Source: Octopus vulgaris (lineage: Eukaryota). From it: DNA of 64,000 bases. Below the pieces are notes generated by a model. The model ran no database searches, was not told where the DNA came from, and saw only the letters and a program-made list of their open reading frames with translations. The position numbers and the translations under genes were made by a program. The DNA is taken from NCBI GenBank assembly GCA_951406725.2, contig OX597816.1, positions 66,092,001 to 66,156,000 on the forward strand, written 5' to 3'. This document shows positions 26,124 to 37,627 of this stretch, piece after piece. Positions within the stretch are counted from its first letter, which is position 1. Each line of letters starts with the position of its first letter.

Positions 26124-26527
26124 AATAATTATGCAATGAGGAAAAGATAAAAGTTGGTTCTGTGACTGATATTTTATTTTAATAATTTTGCAAAGTAAAG
26201 GAGATACATTCAAACATGTTTCAGATATTGAGCCAGTGAGCTAATGTTTTTCTTTTCCTTGTCACTTAATTCTTTCTTCCTTTTATGATCACTACATTTA
26301 CTATGATAACACTCACTTAAGTATTGATCTTTCATAGGGATGACATCTCTGAGTTACTAAACTGAGTGATGTATCTTTTAAAACATAACAGCAAAAGTGT
26401 GTTTGTAGCAGCAGTCTCTTACTATGCACTACAACAAACTAGAGCATCATAAAAGGTATCTAGGAATGTCATGGTTTTGTAAAAATATAATTTAAGGCTT
26501 CATAAAATCCATGCTAAATCACATGTC

Positions 26528-26932
26528 TTACTCTTTTACTAGTTTCAGTCTTATGACTGTGTCCATTCTGGAGCAGTGCCTTTTTAGTCGAGCAAATCGA
26601 CCCTGGGACTTATTCTTTGTAAGCCTAGTACTTATTCTATCGGTCTCTTTCATCTGAGCCACTAAGTTACAGGGACATAAACACACCAGCATCGGTTGTC
26701 AAGCGATGTTGGGGGGACAAACACACACACACACACATATATATGTATGTATGTATATATACATATATATGATGGGCTTCTGTCAGTTTTCATCTACCAA
26801 ATCCACTCACAAGGCTTTGGTTGGCCCGAGGCTATAGTAGAAGACACTTGCCCAAGATGCCATGCAGTGGGACTGAATCCAGAACCATGTGGTTCATAAG
26901 CAAGCTACTTACCACACAGCCACTCCTACGTC
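26528..26932 (-). mobile_element. SINE family 1
   Basis: Full-length copy, inverted relative to 25741. Confidence 0.9.
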
Positions 26933-28571
26933 TATGTCTTGAAAATGTATTATTCAAATTTTCTTATAATAAGTATGTTTAATAAAATAGGGTTGGTGGA
27001 GGTGTGGCTGAGTGGTTTTAGGTTCAATTCCATAACATGGCATCTTAAATAATAATAATAATATAATAATGAAATTATTGTATACAGTGCTCAGGTGCAC
27101 CACAACTTGTCAAAAGTGTGTATAAAGCATATGAAATACTGTACAAATGTTGGGGGGGGACAAACACAGACAAGTGGGCAAGTGTCTTCTACAATAACCC
27201 TGGGATGAGCAAAGCCTTATGGGTAGATTTGATAAATGAAAACTTAGAAAACTAGTTGTTTGCTGAACTAGATATGGCATTTAAAAAAAGAGGGTACACC
27301 ATACAGGATTAAATGGAAGCTTATAAAACAACTGGACCATATCTCAATGAGGGCAGATGATGCAAACTTTGCTTGGCTGAGAGGATAAAGATCATAAAAA
27401 TTCACTTGACAGTGATGTTAGTGTGGGGAAGGAGGCTTCTCAAGTTCCAAAAGTGAAGAATTTTAGTTGATGTCTCTCATAAGAGAGAAAATTCATGCCG
27501 AAAATGTGAAATTTCCCTACATGGAAATTTCCCTGCAAATGGAAATCATGCATAAACTGACCTTTTTCAGAGACAACTGGGACCAGTAAGTGAGATGACT
27601 CCATTTTCCCTAGACAGTATTTTGCTTCAACAAATTTCATTTCAGGGGTTTTTTCACAACCCTGGTTGACCTACACTGTATTCCTACCTCCACTAGTTGA
27701 GAGGTTATATGTCTCCGGCCTGCAAGTCCAACGAGTTGCTAATATAGTTAAGAGCATAAATGGTAACTTCCTGACTGACCATAGCCAACAACTACATTAT
27801 GTGTGTGTTAAATGTGTGTATATGTTTGAGTTTTTTTGTTTTAACATCACAAGATTATTGTAAATTGAGCATCCATTTATTTCCAACATCCTGGCCATAT
27901 CTGGGCATGGGGAGATGTTACCTGTCTTGGAAACAGGCAAGGGTTGGCAACAGGAACGGCATCTGGCTGCAGAGTACCTGCCTCAGTAAACTCCATCTGA
28001 CCCTTGCAAACATGAAAAGTTAGATGTTAAAACTACGATGATGATGATGATGATGATGATGAGGGTGGTGGTAGTAGCAGTGACGACGACAGTGGTGGCA
28101 ATGGCGAGGAGGAGGAGGATTTTATTCTAAATTTTTGACTGCCTTTATTTTTAAAAAAGTAAGCAAGATGAATTAGTCATTATCAAACTACCATACGAAA
28201 CATTAATTAGTATGAAACTTTGACGGCGGGTTTTAATTAAAATCACTTTAAGACAGGAAGTCTGTATCGTGGATCCAAGGTAGTCTTGGGAAGGTTGGTA
28301 TTAAACGGGTAAAAACAATCCTTTTGACCTTTCCATGTACAACTTTTACTTGATCCCCAACACACCTGGAAGTTGAAAACATTGTGAACAATTAGTTTAT
28401 AGTATTGAAACCTTACTCTTACTCCATAAATTCTGAATTAGTCTCTATGTTTAAGTAATCTAATATCTAATTAATGAATTAATGAACTCCAGGTAGTATG
28501 AAATGATGCTGGTGAAAATATGTACTGACGTAATTTTACATATTGGAATGGGGTGCATAAGAATAATTTAA

Positions 28572-28792
28572 CCCCTTTGATACCAACCCGGCTGAAACCA
28601 CCTCTGGCTCTGTTGTACAAATGTCTTGTTTTCATAAGTTTTGAATTAAAATCTTCCACCAAACCTTAGTCACAATTTATGTTCCTAACACTAGCTTAAT
28701 GGTAACTAAGTTATTTTACTAAATTCTTTGTTACATTTAAAGTAATTGAAAGAAACACAGAGCATTTAAAAATAAATACAGTAACGAAAGGG
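28572..28792. mobile_element. piggyBac-type MITE
   Basis: TTAA|CCC...GGG|TTAA with imperfect TIRs; related interrupted copies near 30220-31027 and 49527-50180. Confidence 0.75.
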
Positions 28793-29049
28793 TTAAGGGC
28801 CTTATAACAACATAGATTACTTTAATGGTGTTAGCTGAAGGTGGTTTAGTTGGTTTCGTAACAGGTGAGTGACCATGAAGTGGCTTGTAAGGTTAGTGAA
28901 TAAAATAGAGAGAGGTGGGGAAACAGAGAGAAGTGAAAGAGTTCATATACGATTTTTTGTTGGCTGTTTGGTTATATTTATTAACGAAAAGATAACTGGA
29001 AAAAAAAAGAAACTAAGAAAAAACAAGATCTACTTACATAACATTTACA

Positions 29050-29165
<116 letters not shown>

Positions 29166-29291
29166 AAGAAATATGAAGAAAGTGAAACAAGTATTTTCTC
29201 ATCTCAACCACTACAACCAGTGACATCATCAGCAGCAATTAATAACAGATAAGATTTCAGTGGCTGTGGGTGTCTGTGTGTGTGTGTGCAT

Positions 29292-29331
<40 letters not shown>

Positions 29332-29849
29332 CATCTTGATTGGTTAGTAATTCTAACATGGGTGTGATGTGAGAAAAGAAAACGAAACAAAAAGCAAACA
29401 AAGTATAGTTTTGCACAGAAATCCTCTAACATTAACTTTCAGAAGCTGCTCAGATTTCTTTCCTTTACGTAATAACTTGATTCTTGATAAAGATCAGGTA
29501 CAAACAATGTTTGCCAAAGGACCTTGAACAAAGTTAGCAATTCCTAAAAAAACCATAAATTTGATTAATACTGTTTTGCTTCTTTTCTTTTCTATACTGT
29601 TTAGAGATCTGAGCTGCTTTTTAGCTTTTTGCTCTGAAGCCTTTTCAAATTCTACATTGTTTAGGCTTTATGATGATGAAATTAAGGAAATATTTATATT
29701 TTAGAACTGTAGATATTTAGTAAGTGGCTTGATCTGAGTTTATGCATAGAAACTGAAACATTTACACCACACAAGAATGATTGATAATCATTTAAAATAC
29801 ACACATACGCCTTTTTATTCACTTCTAATAATAATAATTATAATAATAA

Positions 29850-30105
29850 TGATAATGAAATTATTGCATGCAGTGCTCAGGTGCATCACAACTTGTCAAA
29901 AGTGCACATAAAGCATATGCAGTAATCTACAAATGTCTGGGAAGCGAACAGTGTATGAGTCAGGTACATGCTTGCATGTGTATGGAGGGGAGAAAATCAG
30001 GTGTAGCGTTGGCAAATCTCAGGAAGCATTGAAGTTTTGAAGGATGCAGTGCTCCGACAACTAACAACTGATGCCAGCAGTTTGTTCCATACTTCAGCAA
30101 CTCTA
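29850..30105 (-). mobile_element. CR1-type LINE 3' end
   Basis: Minus strand RVAEVWNKLLASVV plus 3'UTR and (ATT)n tail; matches 49715-50010. Confidence 0.8.
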
Positions 30106-30324
30106 AATTGTTATTTATATCAGTCATTCCTGCACTTATTTTATCTTGGAACCCTTATACAATTTTTTCCAAATATCATGGTACATATACCCATATCTTA
30201 TGGACAACTCCTGCTTTCCTAATTTTAACACTTTTGATACCAACTTACCTGAAACTGATTTGGTTCTATAACACGAATTTCAGTTCTATAACACAAAGTG
30301 ATCTAAAGTAAAACCTTTCATCAA

Positions 30325-30724
30325 TACTCTTTTACTCTTTTGCATGTTTCAGTCATTTGACTGCAGCAATGCTGGAGCACCGCCTTTAGTCGAGCAAATC
30401 GACCCCAGGACTTATTCTTTGTAAGCCTGGTACTTATTCTATTGATCTCTTTTGCCAAATCACTAAGTTAGGGGATGTAAACACACCACCATCAGTTGTC
30501 AAGCAATGTTGGGGGAACAAACAGACACACAAACACACACACACACACACATACACACATACACACACACACATACACATATATATACGATGGGCTTCTT
30601 TCAGTTTCCGTCTATCAAATCCACTCACAAGGCTTTGGTTGGCCAGAGGCTATAGTAGAAGACACTTGCCGAAAGTGCCATGCAGTGGAACTGAACCCGG
30701 AACCATGTGGTTGGTAAGCAAGCT
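30325..30724 (-). mobile_element. SINE family 1
   Basis: Near full-length copy. Confidence 0.88.
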
Positions 30725-30726
30725 GC

Positions 30727-30809
30727 TATATACCCTCCAGCCTTCATCAGGTGTCTTGGGGAAATTTTGAACCTGGGTCCTTATTCCTAAGGTATTTTTT
30801 GATGTTGTG

Positions 30810-30846
<37 letters not shown>

Positions 30847-30920
30847 GGTCACTGCCTGGAATCAAACTAGGAAGCTCGGGGTTGATAGCCTGTGCTCTTA
30901 ACCACTACGCCACATGCTCC
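30727..30920 (-). mobile_element. tRNA-headed SINE containing a hammerhead 5' half (truncated)
   Basis: Minus strand TGGCGTAGTGGTTAAGAGC..AGTTTGATTCC, (AAT)n, then GACAC-CTGATGA-A-GGCTG. Confidence 0.6.
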
Positions 30921-32584
30921 AAACAATAGTTTTACAAAGTTGTTTTATTAAATTCTTCCCTATTTTCAAAGTAAATTGAAATAAAGACAATATATTTCAA
31001 CAGAAATATAGTAACAAAAAGGGTTGATAAAGCATTCAATGAAACAAACGTTTTTAAAAGAGAATTTATTCATATAAAAACATATAATTACGTACAAATT
31101 CCATTAACTTTTATGTTTCGGGTGAAGTCAGTTTGAAAATAAATGAATAAGAAAGATCACCTCTCCAATCGGTTGACTATCTGTGGATAGGAAGAACAAA
31201 TATTTTGGTTAAACCTTCTAAATGTGCACAAAATAGATGCAATTCTGCTTGTGTAACACTCAAATTAACTCTTAGATGTTTTCAAGACTTTTGTTAGGCT
31301 TGAAATAGCTGCTGCTACTGCCACCATCATCATCGTCATCATCATCATCATCATCATCATTTGCCTTGGTTAGATAGGTTTTAAAACATCTCACCTCCTG
31401 TTACAGTCTCTTGTCATCTTGTACACACAGCGATGGAAACGGAAAAAATTGCCATGTTTTCTTTTGGAACCACTTTACAACATGAACTAGATACATGCCT
31501 ATAGTTGTTACTTGGAGTTACTGGTCTTATCAGCTGGTTTCCTGTATTGTGCTATGGAGTTTGTCTTTCCTTCATTCCTTCCTTTTCTTTTTCACTATAG
31601 TTATTTTTTTACAGCTGGATATTCTTCCTAGCACCCACCATTTAACAGTGTAAACAGTTGGACAGGCTTTTATGGCATACCTAAATATTTACACCAATTA
31701 GTGATAGTGTTTACATTTAAAATGAACTCATTATGGATTAGGTACATTTTATCATACCACTTGACTAGAGTATCAGTCTGTTGTAGAACTAAAGAAACCC
31801 TCTTAGCTTAGTAATAATGCTATTTATGACTATTGGCTGAAACCCTCAACCCCATAACGTTTGCTGGTTAATAATGGTTTCAGATCTTGGCACAGGCCCA
31901 GTAGTTTTTGATGCAAGGGGAAGTCAATTAAATTGACACCAATTTAAGTACCAGTCAAGTACTTTGGTACTTGACTGGTATTTTATTTCATTCAATTTGC
32001 CATCAAGGCATTACACAGAAGTAGTAGCTATGGGCTGGACAATAACATTAATGAGATGAATGATGAAAAAATGGTATTAATGAGGGAAGGCAGAAGACAC
32101 CCACCGATCTCTGCTTCTCTAAAACACTGTTCTTTTACAAAACATACAATTTGAGGTAATAAACCTCTTACTATTGTTCCATTTGGACTCAAGGTCCTTA
32201 CAATGAGGCACTAAGCCTCTTACCAAAAATAACACCGTGTCCTTAAAAATGAGACACTAGGCCTCTTACATTTTTCTCTTTTAGGGCCATATGCCCTTTC
32301 AGTATGAGGCACTCAGCCTCTTAATTTTACAATTTTCTGCCCCACTGGCACCCGACCAGGTTCAAAGCATCACTTAAGCAGTCTGATAGTGCCACGTCAG
32401 AGTGCCATAATCGGAAGCGGAATACACCTTCTGGGAAGGAGTCCATTATCCGTGTCTGAGATGACCTCCACAGTTACCTATGGAGGCCATCCAGGATCTT
32501 TAATGCTGTTTATGTCTCCTCCTCTGGCAAACTTTTTAGTAGACTTTCCCACTGCCTCTCCCGTGAGGGAGAAGACCAAATATT

Positions 32585-32745
32585 GTACTTATTGGTACTT
32601 AGGGTGAAAAGCAAAGTCAACCTCAGCAGAATTTGAACTCAGAATCTAAAACTGGACGAAATACTGCTAAGCATTTTGACTAGTGCAGTAACAGTTCTGC
32701 CACCTCACTGCCTTTCTGCTTATGAATAATAACAATAATAATAAT

Positions 32746-32790
<45 letters not shown>

Positions 32791-33006
32791 TATCCTTTCT
32801 ACTGAAGGCACAAGGCCTGAAATTATGGGGGAGAGGACTAATCAATTACATTGAACCCAGTATTTCACTGGTACTTATTTTATCAACCCCAAAAGGATGA
32901 CAGGCGAAGTCGACCTCAGTGGAATTTGAACTCAGAACATAAGGACAGATGAAATGCTGATAAGCATTTTGCCTGGCATGCTAGCAAATCTGCCAGCTCA
33001 CCTCCT
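32585..33006 (-). mobile_element. Two SINE family 2 copies separated by (AAT)n
   Basis: Copies at 32585-32713 and 32790-33006. Confidence 0.8.
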
Positions 33007-33067
33007 TAATAATAATGATGATGATGACGATGATGATATGTATGTATACATATAAATATATATATAT

Positions 33068-34163
33068 ACATAAGGGACTAAAGCCATCTGAATATGGCTA
33101 GGGACAGGGCAGGGTGGTGGGGGTGTTACTGTTGCATTTAGCCCCAGGCGAACATCGACGTCGCCAGATAGGCTTGACACCATCACGGTGTCCTTTAACC
33201 TGCAAAGGGAGATAATTCCCCGATGAAGCGGAAACCACACACGGACCATGGTTTCAAGGTGTATTGCCTATCATCAATGTGTGGTAGGCCCCCGCTTCCT
33301 CGACGAAATCTCACTCTGCAGGATATTCATATATAGATTTTCAAGCAAAATACATTTGCTGATTTCGAAAATCTGTTCGACAGCAATAATAATTCTCTAA
33401 ATGAGATATAGACAGTAACTGCTCCATAACATAAGGGACTAAAGCCATCTGAATATGGCTAGGGACAGGGCAGGGTGGTGGGGGTGTTACTGTTGCATTT
33501 AGCCCCAGGCGAACATCGACGTCGCCAGATAGGCTTGACACCACACATTGATGATAGGCAATACACCTTGAAACCATGGTCCGTGTGTGGTTTCCGCTTC
33601 ATCGGGGAATTATCTCCCTTTGCAGGTTAAAGGACACCGTGATGGTGTCAAGCCTATCTGGCGACGTCGATGTTCGCCTGGGGCTAAATGCAACAGTAAC
33701 ACCCCCACCACCCTGCCCTGTCCCTAGCCATATTCAGATGGCTTTAGTCCCTTATGTTATGGAGCAGTTACTGTCTATATCTCATTTAGAGAATTATTAT
33801 TGCTGTCGAACAGATTTTCGAAATCAGCAAATGTATTTTGCTTGAAAATCTATATATGAATATCCTGCAGAGTGAGATTTCGTCGAGGAAGCGGGGGCCT
33901 ACCACACGTTGATGATAGGCAATACACCTTGAAACCATGGTCCGTGTGTGGTTTCCGCTTCATCGGGGAATTATCTCCCTTTGCAGGTTAAAGGACACCG
34001 TGATGGTGTCAAGCCTATCTGGCGACGTCGATGTTCGCCTGGGGCTAAATGCAACAGTAACACCCCCACCACCCTGCCCTGTCCCTAGCCATATTCAGAT
34101 GGCTTTAGTCCCTTATGTTATGGAGCAGTTACTGTCTATATCTCATTTAGAGAATTATTATTG

Positions 34164-34165
<2 letters not shown>
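33068..34165. mobile_element. Inverted plus tandem array of a 361-bp HHR monomer (retrozyme- or pLTR-like, family E)
   Basis: Plus arm 33541-34165 has period 361 (ORFs at 33576 and 33937 share the same start); minus arm 33068-33542; (TA)n on both sides. Confidence 0.92.
33903..33948 (+). ncRNA. Type I hammerhead, U3 variant (further copies at 33542-33587 plus and 33238-33283 minus)
   Basis: CACACG-TTGATGA-TAGG caataca CCTT-GAAA-CCATGG-TC-CGTGTG. Confidence 0.75.
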
Positions 34166-34221
<56 letters not shown>

Positions 34222-34225
<4 letters not shown>

Positions 34226-34560
34226 TAACAGAATGAGATAAAAATCCAAGGCTGTGAAAGATTTCAGAACATTTATAAAGAGAAAGTCTTACAGCTGTTT
34301 CCAGGATATTTTATGTATCCCTTCATTGGAGATGGCGTGAGAAAATGGTTAAGCAATAGTTATTCTAGATAAGATATGAAATAAAGAGTGAAGTGGAGGA
34401 ATGAAAATAGACGTGAGATATGCAGGGATATTGTATCTACAGTTCCATTATTTAGGCAGAATGGTATACATATAAGATTCCTGTACCTTGTGTGTATTTA
34501 AAATTGGTCATTCCAAGCATAGAGTTTGTAAACGGTGTTATTGAATTGTTTTATACATAT
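34222..34560 (-). mobile_element. PLE-type 3' fragment with decayed HHR (family F)
   Basis: Minus strand TCT-CCAATGA-A-GGGATA..TATCCT-G-GAAA-CAGCTG-TA-AGA at about 34287-34333; second copy at 60770-60877. Confidence 0.6.
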
Positions 34561-34561
34561 G

Positions 34562-34637
34562 AGCGGTTTAGCTTAATTGGTTCAGTGCACCGCGACGCAT
34601 AATCACGGAGGTGTGAGTTCGAGTCTCATAGCCGGCC
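34562..34637 (+). pseudogene. tRNA-Met(CAT)-like sequence (pseudo-tRNA or SINE head)
   Basis: TAGCTTAATTGG A box, anticodon arm CCGCGA-CGCATAA-TCACGG, GTGAGTTCGAGTCTCAT T arm; poor acceptor stem; T-run downstream. Confidence 0.6.
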
Positions 34638-34780
34638 GCCAACACTTTTTTCTGCAAAATAGGGGTAGCTTATCCTGTCCAGGCTATATGATTAGCATTA
34701 TCCTGCATTTGAGAATTTAAAATCACTTCTTTAACTTTCTAAGACATCTCAACACTTCTAAAGCAAACTTCTTTTATCTA

Positions 34781-34814
<34 letters not shown>

Positions 34815-34818
<4 letters not shown>

Positions 34819-35020
34819 CAATATTTTATAATTACAAATATAATTATAATTAGGGTTCAGCAAAGATTTGCTTTACCACATACTGAACCTTAGCTATTTC
34901 TTCTACTATAAGAAGAGACTCCCGGACAAAAACAAAATGGTTCTTTTTCATGCCGAATTCTACTTGGTGAAATTATTGATTACTAGTTAATTAATTAATT
35001 TTACCCTTTATTATTATTGA
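34815..35020 (+). mobile_element. PLE-type 3' tail between (TA)n tracts
   Basis: Ends ACTTGGTGAAATTA..TAATTTTACCCTTTATT, like the tails of families D, H and I. Confidence 0.5.
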
Positions 35021-35042
35021 TATATGTATATATATATATAAC

Positions 35043-36128
35043 AACTGGAAAAGATACCTCGATGACTGTTTCATCATCTGGGACAAAGGCATAGAGAAAC
35101 TTGAGGAACTTAAAATTCTATTAAATGGAATAAATGACAATATACAATTCACGATGGACCACAACGAAAAAGAATTACCATTTTTAGACATCCTCATTAA
35201 GAAAACCGGCAACAAAATAGAGACAGATATCTACTATAAACCGACAGACTCTAAACAGTACCTACCCTTTGATTCATTCCACCCACGACACACTAGAATG
35301 AATGTCCCTTTTTGTTTAGCTAGAAGGATTTGCACCATAATATCAGACACAAACACCCGACACACACGTCTCCAGGAACTTAGAACCACACTCACAAATA
35401 GAAACTATCCACAGCCCCTAATAGACAGTGCAATCCAACGGGTACTTAAATTAAGTATAGAAGACCTGAGACAAACAAAACCAAAAAAGAAAGAACAATT
35501 AAAAACCCTTCCCTACATCTCTACACACAACCCACTCAACAATGAGGCCTTCAACACCATACTACAAAGCACAGCCCTACTAAAGGGAGACCCAAAGATG
35601 AACCGGATCCTCGAAACACACACCATCATTAAAAGTAAACGGCAACCAAAATCCTTGAAAAGGATTTTAACCCAAGCTACACTGCACTCAACATCAACCA
35701 CAAAACCAGCAGTTAGAAAATGTGGAAGGCCCAACTGCGGAATCTGTGTCATCTTGAAAGAAGGATCAGAATTTATACTGGAACAAGGCCACCAGTTCAC
35801 CATTAGAACAAACTTCACCTGCGCATCAGAAAACTTAATTTACATCATAACATGCGCAGGCTGCAATAGGCAGTATATAGGCCATACAAAAAATAGCTTA
35901 CGTAATAGGATGGCGGTGCATAAATCACAAATTAGAAACCCTGATTACCGCAAAATACCGGTCAGCGGACACATAGATAGATGTGCTGGAAATGTAAATC
36001 CGAAATTTACAACTAACCCACTCTATAAATTCAGTGACAACGCAACCTTCACACAACGCCAAAATAAAGAACTATATTTCATAAAAAAATTTAGACCAAG
36101 TTTAAACACCCTGGGCCAGGAATACTAA
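35043..36128 (+). CDS. PLE reverse transcriptase (C-terminal half) + GIY-YIG endonuclease, uninterrupted partial ORF
   Basis: NWKRYLDDCFIIW, LPFLD, YYKPT..YLPFDSFHP, CGRPNCGIC, CASENLIYIITC..C..QYIGHT..R...H..H; the frame is open upstream of the ORF-track ATG at 35154. Confidence 0.93.
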   Translation, partial: NWKRYLDDCFIIWDKGIEKLEELKILLNGINDNIQFTMDHNEKELPFLDILIKKTGNKIETDIYYKPTDSKQYLPFDSFHPRHTRMNVPFCLARRICTIISDTNTRHTRLQELRTTLTNRNYPQPLIDSAIQRVLKLSIEDLRQTKPKKKEQLKTLPYISTHNPLNNEAFNTILQSTALLKGDPKMNRILETHTIIKSKRQPKSLKRILTQATLHSTSTTKPAVRKCGRPNCGICVILKEGSEFILEQGHQFTIRTNFTCASENLIYIITCAGCNRQYIGHTKNSLRNRMAVHKSQIRNPDYRKIPVSGHIDRCAGNVNPKFTTNPLYKFSDNATFTQRQNKELYFIKKFRPSLNTLGQEY

Positions 36129-36294
36129 AACAAAAGATAAGTCCTCCGAAAAGGAGAACCAAATTTCACCACGGCCACTACTTCAAACAGACACTCACTC
36201 TGACGGAAATATGCCTTAGTAAAAAAGGAAAAATTCTTTCATACAAATCTGACCCTGATACATACGATACAGCTAAGGGTCAGACCCGATTCTG

Positions 36295-36690
36295 ATTGGT
36301 CAACAAGTTGATGACGTCTAGCTCTGCTAGAATGGACAGGATACAAACAGGGGACAGTCATTAGTCAGAATATTGATGACGTCCTTTTCTGCTTGAATAG
36401 TCACCTAACAAGTACAGACAGGGGGCAGATCTAATGTAGCTATAAGTCGTGATTGGGCAGAATCTGGATGACGTCCCGCTATGCTTGACTAACGAAGCGA
36501 CTGGTCAAGACAGGAAACAAACAAGAGGGAGTTATAATGCAGCAATTGGTCAAAATAATGATGACGTCCCGTTCCACTTGATTAAAGCCACCTAACGAAA
36601 CGATTGGTCAAAACATTGATGACGTCACGCTACGCTAGATTGACCACCTAACAGGCATTATAAAACTGAGCATTTCACAAAAACTCACTA
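36295..36690 (+). promoter_or_regulatory. Putative Pol II promoter in the PLE 3' region: 5x (ATTGG-N12-TGACGTC), TATA box, Inr
   Basis: Modules at 36295, 36360 (ATTAG), 36452, 36545, 36603; TATAAAA at 36659-65; CTCACT at 36684-89. Confidence 0.7.
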
Positions 36691-37004
36691 GAACCACCCA
36701 GCGAACTTCCACCATGGGTCATCACAATTGCTTAAGGTAAAAATGAATTCCTCGCTCTTTCGGAAACATCAATCTTCTGTATTGACCGCTTTCCACCACT
36801 TTGATCTGTTTTTTGTATTGAATACGTAACGCCACCGTGGGCCACTGCATCAAACACTTTGAACATATACTTCAAACTATATATCAACTATACATGAACT
36901 ATATATCAACTATACATGAACTCTAAGATGTCTGACTCCGTTGTGTATTATAAATGAATTTCTTGTGTTTGACGGCATGAGCTGTCTCTTTTTATATATA
37001 ACTT

Positions 37005-37045
37005 TTTTTGATAAGGTTCATTTCAGGAACTGAAACATGTTATAA
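37005..37045 (+). ncRNA. Decayed hammerhead of the PLE pLTR
   Basis: TTGATAA-GGTTC atttcag GAACT-GAAA-CATG-TT. Confidence 0.5.
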
Positions 37046-37103
37046 TGTATATATAAAAATTTAAAATTGTATAATACAGCAGCATTTTCGAACTTCATTT
37101 TTT

Positions 37104-37147
<44 letters not shown>

Positions 37148-37627
37148 TTGTGTTTTGAGTTGTATTTTCATGTTTGTATCACCAAACCTATTTACTCTGT
37201 AGTAACAATTTACATAGGAAGTTTTGTCATCATCAACACAAGTAAAGATTGATTTAAAACTTCTGAAACAATAACAACAACAACAGCAATCCATCCAAAC
37301 ACAATTCCTTTTCAAATAAAGATGCGATCATATGTTCCCAAATCAGTGAGATGGTTAACATTTTATGGTAAACGTTTTATTTCCAACATTTTCTATTTAG
37401 TCTACTCCAGTATACTAACAAAGACTTTTTCTCCTTCTTTGCATCTAATTTATTTTTCTCTTATTTATTCGTTATAGTCGTGGAAGAGAGAAAGGGGCCA
37501 TTAAACTTCAACATGGGTAAAGGGATCATCTATTTCTTAAATCAAATCTCACTTACTTACTTGTTCTTACACTATCTTCTATCAATGCTGTGGTACCACA
37601 CTCAGTTTGGCTTTGATTTTAATCTTT

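Larger units (their letters stand above)
35041..37108 (+). mobile_element. 5'-truncated Penelope-like retroelement, Neptune-type
   Basis: RT-linker-GIY-YIG ORF, about 1 kb of 3' region with promoter modules and a decayed HHR; (TA)n on both sides. Confidence 0.9.

Noticed and set aside
28816-28864. Plus-strand exon ending CAG|GTGAGT
   Set aside because: No pyrimidine tract; phases do not fit the exon chain
32147-32325. CRISPR array
   Set aside because: Eukaryotic context, degenerate repeats, short uneven spacers, no cas genes
33576-34236. Repeated 83-99 aa ORF MVRVWFPLHRG..
   Set aside because: It recurs only because the DNA unit is repeated; its ATG is part of HHR stem III; no recognisable domain
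34562-34637. Functional tRNA-Met gene
   Set aside because: Acceptor stem pairs poorly, the anticodon arm is irregular, and it is embedded in a TA-flanked repeat
37148-37262. Minus-strand 115-nt open segment with an acceptor-like start
   Set aside because: The donor is formed by the (TA)n edge; no partner exons
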